A stretch of 62,791 nucleotides of DNA, filler included, from Ionaspis alba (taxonomy: Eukaryota): the NCBI GenBank assembly GCA_964255285.1. It is 4 parts of 4 records of this genome, joined end to end, with 100 filler letters (N's around TTAATTAATTAA, not from the genome) between each part and the next. Parts side by side here need not be neighbours in the genome. Positions count along the whole stretch, not along the records: positions 1 to 15,684 come from CAXUUL010000367.1; 3 more parts are not named here. One strand, 5' to 3'. The notes under the pieces were generated by a model, which saw nothing but the letters and a program-made list of their open reading frames with translations, had not been told where the DNA came from and did no database searches. Both the position numbers and the translations under genes were made by a program. Positions 1-12,724 of this stretch are shown one piece after another; the first letter of the stretch is position 1; each line of letters opens with the position of its first letter.

Positions 1-506
1 GGTGAGGAGGTATGGAATGGTGGGGAAGAGGATTTGGTAGGTGGCAGCGATGGGATGTATAGATACTGGAGTCGGGTATGGTCAAGGTTCACAGTATCTT
101 GCATAGACAGCGTATTTAGATGAATCACATAGTTCAAAGGACTAACTTTTCGAAATGAGTCTGAATTGGAAAGCCTTCGTGTCCGCTCGAGGCTTTGTGG
201 ACAGACAATGCAGGAAACTCAGACCGTCGAAGAAAATTATTATCTACACGCTCAGCGCTCCCATCCAATGAGCTGTCCTAGCCACAAAAAACTGCTGGTG
301 AATGTCTTAGCATCAACCACACATCAAGAGACATTCAAAGCCCTGTCCGACCAAAGCTGACCACACAAAATCGCATATCATAATTCACATGCGCTTCTGT
401 ACGAGTCATAAATCGTAGAAAGAGAAAGAAGGGGTATTCATCCATCCATGCACAAAAGTCCTCCGGAAATCAAGCACGCCAAACAATTAAAAAAAAGTCA
501 AGAAAT

Positions 507-2684
507 TCAAAAGCCTCCAGGGCCAAACTGCCTCTGCGCATCCCAGCCACCGCCACTAGCATCAGTGGTCGCAGACCTGACCGGTACTCTGACTCTGGGA
601 AGTGGGGGCAGATCAGATGCTCCGTAGGAGTCGTAGATAGAATCGTCGTATGTATTGTGTTGTGGGGGTGGCGCAGTGCCAGCCCGAGGTGGTGGTTGTG
701 ACCGTGGGTCAAAAGTCTCGTTTTGTGGTGGTAGACGATTGGGAGTGGAAAAGTTGCGGTAGGGTTGAGGTGGAGGGGGAATGTTTGTAGGAGGCGCGTA
801 TGGGATGTAGCGTGTTGCGGCACAGGAGGGTTGTGGTGGTTGAGGTGTGAATAAGGGATTGCGCTGTGGGTATTGCGCTGGCAAAGTAGTGTTCTGACTG
901 TCTGACCTCGGCAGATTCGGTGTTGAGCGTCCATTGTTTTGGTACGCGCTTATGCCTGTGTTCTGCCGCACCGGAGGGCCAGGTGTTGAACGTCCCGATG
1001 GCTGATTATCGAAATACCCTGTACTCGGATGCATTTCAGGAATGGGACTTGCACGTCCGAACATTTGGTAGTCACTGGTTCCAGTATTCTGTCGCATAGG
1101 AGGACCGCGAACTGAACGACCGGCGGATTCGTAGTCGCTCATACCTGTGTTCTGGCGACTGGGTGGACCAGGCGTTCTTTCCCTGCCTGGTGCCGCTCCA
1201 TATCCAGATCTGTATGATCTTTGGGTGCTGCCAGTGGCACTTCTGTCCATAGGCGAAGGTCGGTTGTAAGGCATCGTACTGTCCGATGCCATCCTTGATA
1301 TCGGTGCTGGAGAGTATGTCCGTCCTGGAGAAGCTTGCCCCATGGACTGCCCTGACCCAATTAAAGGTGTATTTGAGGAATAGCTTGCACTCGACGTAGC
1401 TGAGGTCTGTGTCGTTGACCTTGTAGGCACATTTCGTTGTTCACGGTCAAGTGACACGTCTGGAATTGTGGGTTGCCGTTGAGGTCTGGGTAGAAACACA
1501 TCGTGGTGTTTAGGTGGTTCCGAAGAGTAAGGTGGTAAAGATGTTTGTGTGGTTTGTCGCGAGACTATGGGCATATCCGGCAGTTTGTCATCTCCCAGTG
1601 GATCCAAGATTGGTAGTGTAGGCTGTCTCTTAAGCTCCTGTATCCCATCTCCAGCCTTGCCAAAGTTCGAGTCACCTTTCGTCTGCTTTACGTTCTCCTT
1701 TGCCAACGCATTCTTCACCTTAACGCTAACAATGTTCCTGAGTCTTCTTTCGGTCTTCCGTTTGCAATATCCGGCAAGACCGCCATCCTCGCCGGGTATG
1801 TAGTGCCACAAGAAGGTGATGTAGAAAATGCATGCGATCAAAAGGCTGATAGCCGATATGATCCATATGATGAGGGTGAACAGCATGCCAAAAAGAATGA
1901 CTGCTTGTTGGGTGTTGGCATCTGCCAGGATCTTGACATTCACGAAGAATTGAACGATAGGTGTGTGGCCTGAGCTTGCGGCGTGTTTTCCAGTAGGGAT
2001 GATGTCCGCCGTCATGACCGAATAGAGTGTAATGGCATTGATAACAATTCTAGGCCCTTCGGCAAAGACAATGCGTAGCCAAGCTGTAAGACATTAGCAG
2101 CTTGATAAACAAGAGAGTGCTGAAGGGTCTTACCTTCAAAGTTGTAGTATGTAAAAAGGGCAACATACTCGCTGCCTTTCTTGCTCTTTGTGAGTTCTGC
2201 GAAGACTAGGAATCTTCTCCAGCCACGACCTCTGGCGCCCATGCGGACACTTTGTATGCGCACAGCCAAAGGATCAAGGTAGCTCTGAGCAATGCCACCA
2301 GTGCGCATCGCCCGTACAGCTCGTAGCCATCGATGTACCAGAAGAATCCAACTGAGTATAATGCAACCAGCGAAAATCCATTTCGTAACTGTGAAAGGTA
2401 CAGCAGGTTGGATTTGACCGCTCCAATGGTTGAATGCCAATAAGTTCACAGCCGTGAAGACGTCAACAGCATAGACCGCGATCGATACGATCAAGCATAT
2501 GTAGAGTATGCCATAGGAGAGTGGGGTGAAGCAGGATGAGGATTTGAAGTCAGACAGGTTCTAAAGAATAAGAGGTCAGCATTGGCCGGGTCCAAGATGA
2601 ACGTCACGGATAGCTTACGATGTAGTCCCACTTCTCCTCATTTGAAACTTCCTCGATCTTTTCTCTACCTCCGCAGAATCCCAT
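507..2684 (-). CDS. Kch1/Prm6-family low-affinity potassium transporter / membrane protein with a long Pro/Ser-rich C-tail (spliced, ~3 exons)
   Basis: The spliced N-terminus reads MGFCGGREK...EKWDYI|NLSDFKSSSCFTPLSY, followed by TM segments (AVYAVDVFTAVNLLAF, KWIFAGCIILSW, YVALFTYYNF). This matches my recollection of the fungal KCH family. ORFs 2012-2494 and 507-2015 join through an intron at ~2085-2133. Confidence 0.8.
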
Positions 2685-3458
2685 GTTGCTCGTTTCCCGA
2701 CGGACGTAGATGAGTGACGGTATTATGCGCTAGGTCAACTTAGACCAAGTGATTGACCGACAGGCCGGATGGTGCGATCTCAAATGAGTGTGGCTGCGTA
2801 CGACAACAGGGCCCAGCCGCTGATGTGATCAAAGAGTGAATGCAAATGAATGTATTGGTAGGTGTTGTGTGGTGAAGAAGACGTGGTCTTGTCGGAAGTC
2901 CATTTAGTTGGGATGTGATTCGAATTGAGTCATTGTGATATGATGAATGTTGATGGCGCTGTTTTGCGTCTCGAGTCTTTGTTCTCTGTTCAAAGAGATG
3001 ATTGCTAGCTGGCTGTTGATTGCGTTGAAGAAAGGGAGTCCGACAATGGTGGCGCTTTAAGCGCTTTCGAACACGAAGGTAGCAAGAGGTTGGTTTGGAA
3101 TGCGACCGTCCCAATTCAATGAATGCGTCCGACAGAAAAGAAATGACAGGTAGAACTCGCATGCAGAGACAGCACGAAAAGAGGGAATGATTGTAATGAG
3201 TGTAATGTGTATCGGTATGTGATGGGAGTCCAAAGTAGTTTCCTTCCTAGTAAGGATGGAGTTGAAAGAGGGAGTTGAGGTTCAAAGCATGATGGTCAGA
3301 ATAAGGTTGAGTGTTTCACCAATCATGGTCCGCTACGCGTTCTAGACGTTTCATTAGCTTGAGGCTTCTCCTGGCGCATGCCGAGCCGCCAAACTCGGGA
3401 TGAAAGGGATCCTCACCAAGCAAGACGTCTCATTCTTTCCTGATACGTAGCTCTGCCA

Positions 3459-5947
3459 TCACTTCTTCGTCGAACCCGCCATCTTGAGCCTCTCGACTGT
3501 ATCCACCAGTGTAGTCACCATCCGTTGCCTCTCCGCCTGGACTTCTTTATTGTTGGTTTGTCCTTTCAAGATCTCCAGCGCCGTCTTGATTTTCCCTAGA
3601 GCCCGTGGGAAGTAGCGGCAAGCTGAAAACAGGTGTTCCTGATCTCGAGGAATTGTGTCCAGTACGTGTCTAGCATATCTGCAGGAATTACATACTGCTG
3701 CCAACTCTTTCTCAATGATCTTATTTTTGGTAAACCAGTTTTCGATAGGCCTCACTATCTTTACGTGTCCGAACTGCTTTTCGATGCTGTCTACAGCTTC
3801 GTTCCAAGGCAAGTCGACAAAAGGATTACCGGTCCGGAACAGATCTTGAGGTACCTTTTCTAGTCCGTTCGACGCGTTCTCAGACGGCTGAGTTTGTTCC
3901 ACTATATGGCTGGTATTGGTTGCAGTCGTGGTGGAACAATCGCTTGGTATTGCGGCTAGAGACTCGCTCGTGCATGTTTTCTTAGTTGACGAAGATACTT
4001 GAGCGGTCCAGCTTGCCAGGATATCGATCTTCTCGGATTCACAGTCTCCAGCCTTCGTGTCGAAAGCAGCCACACTTCGCTCGGCATGGCTTTCTGTAGA
4101 GGCGTCCCCATCGATTTCGTTGGAATGGGAGACTTGCGGCTCAGCATCGTCTTCGTCCGCTCCTCTCTTGTTTCTTGACTCTGGCTGGACACAAACCTCC
4201 GGTCCAGCATCGTCTTCGTCCGCTCCTCTCTTATTCTTTGTCTTTGGCTGGACACGAACTTCCGGTTCAGCATCTTCTTCGTCTGCTCCTCTCTTGTTCC
4301 TTGACTTAGGCTCTGGTTCAGCATCATCTTCGTCTGCTCCTCTCTTGTTCTTTGACTTTTGCTGGACACGATGAACCTTGACTGGCGTGATCTTTGGTTT
4401 CTCTATCTGTGGCGCTTGCAAGGTTCCGACACCAGGAGCGGACCGTCTGACTGGTGCAAATTGCTTCAATTCTGAAGGCGAATTTTTCAACTGCATTGGC
4501 GTCATAAGGTTTAGGCTGATCGCTGGAAATCTCCTCGTAAGTTCTTCCTCAACCACCTCATCCGACACGGTCACCATGGACATTGATGCCTGATTTTCCA
4601 AAATGCTGGATGAAATCATGGGTGGGCAAGAGTCTTCAACTTCCACCTTGCTGGATACAGGGTCCTCAATCTTCATCTCGCCAGCGGGAGGAGGCTCTGG
4701 TGCGAAGGAGGTGTCCATGATCGATTCCGCGCTTATATCAGTATCCCCAAGCGGTGGTGCTAGCTCCATCAAGACTGTCCTGTCTTCGATCCTCAACTGT
4801 GAGAAAAGGTCCGAAAGCATAGAGCTCTCAACACCGCTGCAATCGTGTCGCTCGGAACACAAGTCAACATCTTCGCTATCTTCTTCATCCTTGCCTTCAT
4901 CAGCTTCGTCTTCGTCGCACCAGTCGGATTCTGGGACTTCACGTCCATTGACGAATGCCCGATTNNNNNNNNNNNNNNNNNNNNNNNNNNNNNNNNNNNN
5001 NNNNNNNNNNNNNNNNNNNNNNNNNNNNNNNNNNNNNNNNNNNNNNNNNNNNNNNNNNNNNNNNAGGGACTCCAGAAGCGTTGCGATCTGCACGTTCAAG
5101 CCCCAGATCTAGGGAATGTAAGTATCTTTGTCGAAGACGTCCGTATTGTTTTGAACTTACCTTGCTTTCAAACTTTTGTTCCACCTTCTTTTGTTCTTGG
5201 GCTACAGCTGTCTCAACAGCGAAAGCCAGCTCCTGTTTGCTTGTCTCCTGTGTGGCTTTCAACTGCTCAATCGCATTGTCCCGCTCGCTCCTGAGCACAG
5301 GATTGGCTTCAGCCAATTCTTCTCCTCTCTTGCGAGATACTGTTAGCTCATTCCTAGCTTCGTCAAGCTCTCTCATCCACTTCTCCTTCTCTTTGTGCAA
5401 CGTTTGCACTTCCTGACGTTCGATTTCGATGTTATACCACTTCGAATAAGTCTCAGCTTGACGCTGGCCGTTGCGTCAGTGCTGGTTCAAGAAAAATAAA
5501 GTTCATATTTACAAGGTAATGATTGGCAAGCTCTTCCAGGGCACGATATTTCTTGTCGTGATTTTTTTTCATCGTGAGCATGTTCGTTTCGTACATCGAC
5601 TTCGCTGCTTTTAGGGCTTGCTCGTTGTGGTTTTCGAGCCGTTCCTTTTCAGCCTGGTAACTTCGTGTCAGTCTGGTCCCGTTCATATGGCTTGTACAAC
5701 TTACCTCGTAGGAGCGCTTGAGTTCTTCCCTGTCTCTCTCGTACTCGCTCTGGTCACGTTCATGCTTTGTCTTGAGACTGATGTGGTCACAGTTGTTGCA
5801 CCACTTGGGGTCGTGAATGTCGATGAATTTTGCGGAAATCCATTCTACGACAGAGAGCCGTATCCAACATGCATATCGTGTAAATGAGAGGTTAATACAG
5901 AAAAGCCACAGACTGATCCTGACGAATACTTCCCACAAAGTGGCCAT
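3459..5947 (-). CDS. Hypothetical protein: hydrophobic N-terminus, coiled-coil region, acidic region and internal tandem repeat (spliced, spans an N gap)
   Basis: Consecutive minus-strand ORFs (5453-5947, 4939-5409, 3459-~4964) show heptad-like E/K/R-rich segments and GT..AG junctions. The gap at 4965-5064 prevents confirming that this is a single gene. Confidence 0.55.
4141..4370 (-). repeat. Coding tandem repeat, 4 units of ~51-63 bp encoding (K/E)x(K/R)NKRGADE(D/E)DA(E/G)P(E/Q)
   Basis: Four copies of cagcatc(g/t/a)tcttcgtc(c/t)gctcctctctt are visible on the + strand, all in frame with ORF 3459-5099. Confidence 0.9.
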
Positions 5948-6086
5948 CGTGGAGATGAGAAAAGACAGTTGCTCGAAGCTAGCAGCCTGATGTCAATTCT
6001 GGTATCGTCTGAGACAATGGAACACGTTGTGACGGAAAAGTAGGACGAGAGCTAGCTGACTGCAGATGGTTTTGGGAAGGAAGCAC

Positions 6087-6176
6087 TTCGTGCAAGCTGA
6101 TCACTGAAGTGGAAAAGTGGGATGGTCTTCGGTACAGTACAGTTCGTGCAAGTTGATCGTCGAAGTGGAAAAGTGG
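6087..6176. repeat. Imperfect direct repeat (2 x ~34 bp, period 56) upstream of the 3459-5947 gene
   Basis: ttcgtgcaagctgatcactgaagtggaaaagtgg versus ttcgtgcaagttgatcgtcgaagtggaaaagtgg. Confidence 0.75.
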
Positions 6177-6947
6177 TGGTGAAGGAAGAAGGTTTGTGCA
6201 GCAAAGAAGTGAAATTATCTAAAGTCGTGGCCGCAAGGTGGACTAATGCAGCAATTAGCTCTATGACAATAGCGTTTTCGCGGTTCTCGGTCTGATATCA
6301 CGCGTATCGCAGCTATTGAAGCAACCAGGTCACGGGAAATAAAGCTACACAATCCCTAAGGGAGTCTTGAGCCATTACGCAATTGCGAGGAACAATGAGG
6401 CTGGTTCTAAAATCGGAGGACTTGGTACCTTGATTGCTTCCCATTGTTTCAATGCTACTGCGAGAGTTTTATGGCCGATATTGTGAATGGTCACCCCATC
6501 TCGGTTACAAGCCAAGCCCGATGGAGCCAACACCACTTCCACAACACGTTTCTGAGCATGCTTTCTTAAAAGTATCTGTTGCATCTCAACACCTCCACGC
6601 CTTCATCCTGCAACCATGTCCCAAAGGCCCGGGCCTTTGTGACGAACCACGTTCAATGTTCCACTCACAAAGTCTACGGTCCTTTAGACGGCCGCAAGCG
6701 GGATCGATAAAAGCTCTCTGCTTGCTGAACATCTGGAAGCTTTGGAAGCCCTATGTTATACAGTCTTCGAAAAGTTCAAGACATAGCTATCCCGGAGACT
6801 CATCGTCTTCAGCCATTGGAGGAGTGGTACTGGCGGGTTCGAGCGCACCAGAGACGCGCCGGAAAATTCCCAACATTGTTGAGAGCTTGATTGAGGTAAT
6901 GCAAAAACAGCACCTTAGGTATATGACAGTATGAGAAGGTGGTCTGC

Positions 6948-7981
6948 TTAGAATTCTATGGTTTGTCTTATGCTATCATAAATTCCTGTAGTACCAGTTG
7001 TCAGCTAGTACCAATATGGACCATGTTCGAAGGGCTTACTTGTCACATCAGGAATATTGAATCTTTCATACACCAGTCCCATGTGTGTACTCCAACCCGC
7101 AACTCTCCGCACTGGGGCCTCAAGCCTCAGAAAGGCCCCTTCCTGTATGCTAGCAGCTACCTCAGCTCCGACTCCAGCATTTACCATGCTTTCGTGCACA
7201 ACGACTGCTCTGCCTGTCTTGTGNNNNNNNNNNNNNNNNNNNNNNNNNNNNNNNNNNNNNNNNNNNNNNNNNNNNNNNNNNNNNNNNNNNNNNNNNNNNN
7301 NNNNNNNNNNNNNNNNNNNNNNNATGAGTGAACAACGACTCTGGCGACTGCGAATGATATCTTTCCTAAGATCAGCTGCATTCCTATACTACAACAAAGG
7401 ACTACATACAAAGCGCCATGTCCCACTCCACCGCAGGGCATCCTGACCACCAGTCCGCCGACATTACCACCCGTAGCCCCCTCCCTAAACCTCCACTTCG
7501 CTGCCTCATTTACCAACTGATCAAAAGCTGGGTATACATAATCCGCAAACTGGATCTCGGCCACGGGTCTCATTCCTTGTGCTGCGCAGCCAATCGCAAA
7601 TCCGACAATACCCTGTTCGCTCAATGGTGTGTTGAAGACTCTTTCTGATCCAAATTCTGTCGCTAGGTTCATGCTGCATCGGAAAACACCGCCAAAGGCT
7701 ACATCCTCGCCAAAGAGCAAGACCCGCTCGTCGCTCCGGAGGGCGTGGGTGAGGGCACTGTTAATGGCTTGGAAGAGGTTGAGCCGGGTGGTGGTGGAGG
7801 ATTGGGGGAGCTCGGGGTTAGAGGAGAGGAGGGAGGACGACGACTGGTGCAGGAGGGGGTGGGAAGAGTAGTCGATGGGGAGGTTCAGGCGGGCGTTTGG
7901 AGGGTGTGTGGAGTAGGTGCGGAGGGCGACGTTGTGAAGGATTTGGAGTGTAGGGAGGGACCGGAGAAGAGGGGAGCGCAT
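6948..7981 (-). CDS. BCKDHB: Branched-chain alpha-keto acid dehydrogenase E1 beta subunit, mitochondrial (middle part lost in gap)
   Basis: Motifs [54 protein letters not shown] and GHGALY are present. The C-terminus reads [29 protein letters not shown], with a last exon [12 protein letters not shown]. The N-terminus is Arg/Ser/Leu-rich like a presequence. Confidence 0.93.
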
Positions 7982-8234
7982 TGCTGAAAATTTATGATAC
8001 TATCATGTCGAAGAGCTCATCAGATTTTCGAGGAAGCTTTCCTGGAAGATGTAGGCAGTCTGACCATTCGTCGTTATATCATGCCCTTGTTTTCTGAGTG
8101 GATGAACACGGTTGGTGTCGGGATGACATGCTTGGTCCGTGCTTCGCCTGATGTATCATCGACTATGGCAGCATGAGATATCAGCATTGCCATCGGGCTT
8201 AGCCTCAATTCGCCCAAGTCGTCCTGCTTCGACT

Positions 8235-9711
8235 ATGGCATCCGTCTTTCAGTCTCTACCTTTGCTACGGAAAGCCGCACCCAGGCTATCGAAGCAGTTT
8301 TTCACCTGCCATGCTGCACGAGGGACTGCCGCAGCTCCCAAAAATGCTCCGAAGATTCTCCCCCTATCCACTTTCCTTCGAGCTTTCAGATCTAGCGGAC
8401 GGCAGCATTCTACAGCGGTCTCTGAAGTCTTTCCAGCTCGGCAACCTTCACCACTCGCGTCCTTGAGCAGGACTATCAGCAAGGAGAAGGCGAAGAGACG
8501 GTTCTTCCCCGAAACGAGCGACAAAGTTGTGGCGTATTGGCTATTAGGCAGTGCAGCGAGTGTCTTCGGCATTGTAGTCTTCGGAGGCCTGACACGACTC
8601 ACAGAGTCGGGGTATGCCCATATATTGCCCATGTCACACAAGCTGGACTGACAGTACTCCAGCCTCTCAATCACAGAATGGCGTCCGGTCGCTGGCTCCA
8701 TCCCACCTACCACAGCCGCAGCCTGGGACTCCGAATTCACAAAGTACAAATCCTCGCCTGAATTTCGACTTCTAAACCCCAACATGACGCTCGACGAATT
8801 CAAATCAATCTACTACATGGAATGGATTCACCGCATCTGGGGCCGAGTCGTCGGCCTCTCCTTCCTCCTTCCCGGACTCTACTTCGTGGCTCGCCGAAAT
8901 GTCTCCGCGCCCATGGCAGGCAAAATCCTTGGTATCGCTGGTTTGATTGGGTTCCAAGGATTTCTGGGTTGGTGGATGGTGAAGTCAGGGCTGAAAGATG
9001 ATCTCTTTGCGCCAGGCAGCCACCCTCGAGTGTCGCAGTACAGATTGACAGCGCATCTGGGGACTGCGTTCCTCTGCTACACGGCCATGCTCTGGAATGG
9101 ATTAGCCATACTGCGTGAACACAAACTGCTCGCAGATCCTGCCGCAGCGGCAAAATCGCTCTCCCTTCTCCGAAGTCCGGAGCTGAAGATCTTCCGTCGA
9201 TCTGTCGCTGCTCTGGCTGTGCTCGTCTTCTGCACTGCCATGTCCGGTGGTCTTGTTGCCGGTCTAGATGCTGGTCTTATCTACAATGAATTTCCGTACA
9301 TGGGTAATGGGCTTACGCCACCGAAAGCAGAGCTCTTCTCAGATTTCTACTCGCACAGACCAGACAAGTCCGATATATGGTGGCGGAACATGCTTGAGAA
9401 CCCATCACTAGTCCAACTCGATCATCGCATACTAGCCACCACGACTTTCACATCCGTCATGGGCTTATGGGCGTATACTAGGATCTCGCCGACTCTACGG
9501 AAAATGCTACCCGCTGCGTGTAAGAAAGGAATGCATGGTGTTGTGGGCTTTGTGTGGTTGCAGGTCATTTTGGGTATCAGTACCTTGATATATCTGGTGC
9601 CTTTGCCACTGGCTTCGGCGCACCAGGCGGGAAGTCTGGCGCTTCTTTCGTGGGTCTTGGTCTTGGGTGGGCGGACGTGGGTTCCGGGGAGGGTGTCGAG
9701 ACTAGTTGCGC
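8235..9711 (+). CDS. COX15: Heme A synthase (cytochrome c oxidase assembly protein Cox15); 3' end falls in gap
   Basis: Motifs VVFGGLTRLTESG|LSITEWRPV, EFKSIYYMEWIHRIWGR, PRVSQYRLTAHL, LVAGLDAGLIYNEFP, VQLDHR and ASAHQAG are present. There is one intron at ~8612-8662. Confidence 0.96.
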
Positions 9712-9811
9712 NNNNNNNNNNNNNNNNNNNNNNNNNNNNNNNNNNNNNNNNNNNNNNNNNNNNNNNNNNNNNNNNNNNNNNNNNNNNNNNNNNNNNNNNN
9801 NNNNNNNNNNN

Positions 9812-12724
9812 CAAGGACTCCTGTTCCTTCTTCAGCTCAATACGCTTCTCCTCTACACGAGGGTCAACAGCCAATAACAAAGCACACCGTTCATCGGCTT
9901 TGTTTCATGTTAGCTTTGTCCGAAAATGAGAAGCAGTAAGCATACCATCAGGATGCTCAAGGCCCAATTCGCGTACAAGTGCTCCTAAAAGCTCATTCCG
10001 ACACTTGTGGAACAATTCACACCTAATGCTTTGGCAGATGTTGTCTAAGAAGCGGGAGTATGCACAAGTGTAATAGCCTCGAACGGTCTGGTGCATGAGT
10101 TAGCTATCTCGTACAATGGACGTTCTGTTCTCACGTACCGCCATTGCCTGGAGTTCTTGGTTATAAGGATCAGGTCCGAGCTGAGCAGGGGTGACTTTCG
10201 CAATCTTGTCCTTGCGCACTGGCTCTGAGAATAGCTTGCCATTCTGCGCCTCCAACTCGTTTACGAACGCAACAGCCCGGTTACTCTGTCGGGCGAGCTG
10301 CAATGTACTTAACGCCTCTTCCTGAGCTTGCGCCAACGCTTCTTCATTGAACGTCATGGTTTCCTGATGCTCCATCTCGTAGTTGCGCAGAGCGGCTTTC
10401 CTCTGCTCCGCCATGGCCTTCAGGAAGAATTCATCGCAGATGGAGGTAATTCTATTGTATAGTGGCGTTTGTCTCCAAGAGTTGAAAGATTGGACGAGTC
10501 TCTCGGATATCAGGTCCTGACAGAGAGACTGCGTTTGATCCAAAAATGCTGACATGAGTGGCTCCCAATGTTGCATGCTAAGTTGGTTCATTCGCTCAAT
10601 TGCTTTAGAGTCAGTTTGGAATGGAAGTCCAACGTAAACTGCTGTGATGATGTCCCGGATTTCGTCGAACCTGAAACGCTGCGCACCAACTGTAGTAGTT
10701 TCAGCTTTGATATCATCAAAAGGAGCGTATCAGGAACCTTTATCTGCACTGTACAGTGGAATGTCTTCCATCCTCCTGACTCTCTTGCTGCGGTTGACCG
10801 AGCCAGATGAATCGGTCAAACGTTTCTTGCCATGCGGAGCTCTCCTAGGACTTGGCGTGCATGGGCCAGCACCATCATCGGAATCAATGAGAATGGCATC
10901 GGTGGTTTTTTTGACAGCTGTCGGTGTAGATACTCTGGGCGAGCTAGTGAAGACTTCCTCCGTTGTGGGTTCAGCAAAATTTGGACGCGGTGCTGTTGGA
11001 AGAACCAGGACGGGTTTTGTCTGAAGCAGATCATTGCGAAGTTTTCGGGCCTTTGCATGCCAGGTCTTGCGGAAAGGGAACTCGTGAGATCCACCGTCGA
11101 GATGATTTTGCAGGTCGCGGGCAAATGCACCGATTCGAGTATAAATAAGGATTGGGAGGTTGCCAGCTGGGGGTTCCGGTAAACCCTTCAAGTCTCTCTC
11201 CACCGAAGCGATCTTGTCTTTGACATGGTCCGTGTAGGCTGGAAGCCTAAAAGTAAGAGAAGTCAGCAAGTTGAAAGCTACCGAGGAGAATGCTAATTTA
11301 CCCTGAACGTATCTGCGCTGTCAACTGCCGAGAAAGCGCTGTTTGCAAATTCAAGGTTCCAAAACGATGTTCATAGCCCACCAATTGTGTTGCATAAGGC
11401 TCCACGGTACGGAAAAACTCCGCTTCTTCTTTACGGGCAGTAGCGTGACTTACTGTGGGGTCAGGATTATTCTTTACCATATAATACCCGAAGCCAAGTT
11501 TAAAGCGGTGCCCACTAAGGATGCTGGTCCATTCCCTGACGTCTTCACCAGCTTGAACTCGGTCTGGCTTGGTCAAAACACCTTTGATAGTATCAGTATA
11601 GGCTGAGAGAATTTTTTTAGTGACTCACCGAGGGTTCGCTTTTGAGCACCAGGGACTGCTTTGATAATAGCGGCAGCGCTGGAATTAGCAGCGTCGTCAG
11701 TCATCGGCACCGCTAGCAGAACAATACAGTTGTCGGCATGAATGTATTGCTTGACCAGATTTTTCACCAGCTGAACAAGATAATCTTCTTCCCCGAACTC
11801 TGCATTGTTGATAACGCCGGGAAGATCATAGAAAGAAAGATTTGGTAGACCAGGACCAGAAATGTCGATCCGGACAACGTTGGGACTGAATTTAACCTGG
11901 ATAGTGTCCAGCGTTGCATGATTCCTCCCTGGCTTATAAGTCTCCCAATCATTGCCTGGGTTGAGAGTGGCTAATTGGGCCCAGTACAGAACGTCTTGAA
12001 CCTTCTCTTTAGAAGAAACGGTGGCAAAGGGGAAATCCTGTAGCTTTTGAGTGGTCCATGGACCCAGTAGTTTGGTCCGCGGTGCATCTGCAAGTCTAGG
12101 AGTGTCCAAATGTCCTTCGTAGACATACTTCTTGACCAAAGAGACCTTGCAGAGCCAAGGATCTTCAGGACCATTGCTCTCTGTAATGTTGATTTCCAAA
12201 GGGCACTAACTAGTTTAGTTTGTCTCCTTCAGCGTACCGGGAGATGTAAGCTTGGCTTACTCGAGTACAAGTTCCAGCGCTGCGAGGCACCTTGATCTCA
12301 CTGCCACGATTCGTCAGTCGAAAGAACAATCTTAGGAAGCTGGGTCACGCACCTCATGCCTTCAATGAGAGAGCTTTTCCCTGTGCTTTGACCGCCTTGA
12401 TGCTGTCAGACACGCCTCCAGTTGCTGTAATTTCAACATGTACTGACCTACGACGACAATCTTGGGAAGAGGCACAACAAATTCCTCGACTCCTAAGTGC
12501 CGGAGGTTTTGGATCCCCTGAAGAAGCTCCTTCGAGTCCCTTCCCAGTATCTCCAATCCAACGACACCATCGCCGACCTCCGTACGGTTCTCGCTCATCG
12601 AATCTTCGCTGGTCCTCTTGCTCTGTCTGCCTGCTCCAGGGTGTGGTGTGTTAGCTCAAAGTTTGATAGGAATCAGATCTATGAGCTTCATCATACCTGA
12701 TGTGTCCTTCATCTTGCCGTCCAT
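9812..12724 (-). CDS. Dynamin-superfamily (Mx-like) GTPase with middle/stalk domain and GED; 3' end falls in gap
   Basis: G1 LPKIVVVG|DQSTGKSS, G2 CTRCP, G3 DLPG and G4 TKPD are recovered across introns. A GED-like VRGYYTCAYSRFLDNI segment and a C-terminal helix EEKRIELKKEQESL follow. Confidence 0.9.

Noticed and set aside
2740..3162. 140-aa minus-strand ORF upstream of the Kch1-like gene
   Set aside because: The composition is not protein-like, and it is more likely 5' UTR or promoter of the downstream gene.
6434..6934. 166-aa + strand ORF
   Set aside because: It has a non-ATG start, no recognisable motif and no supporting splice signals.
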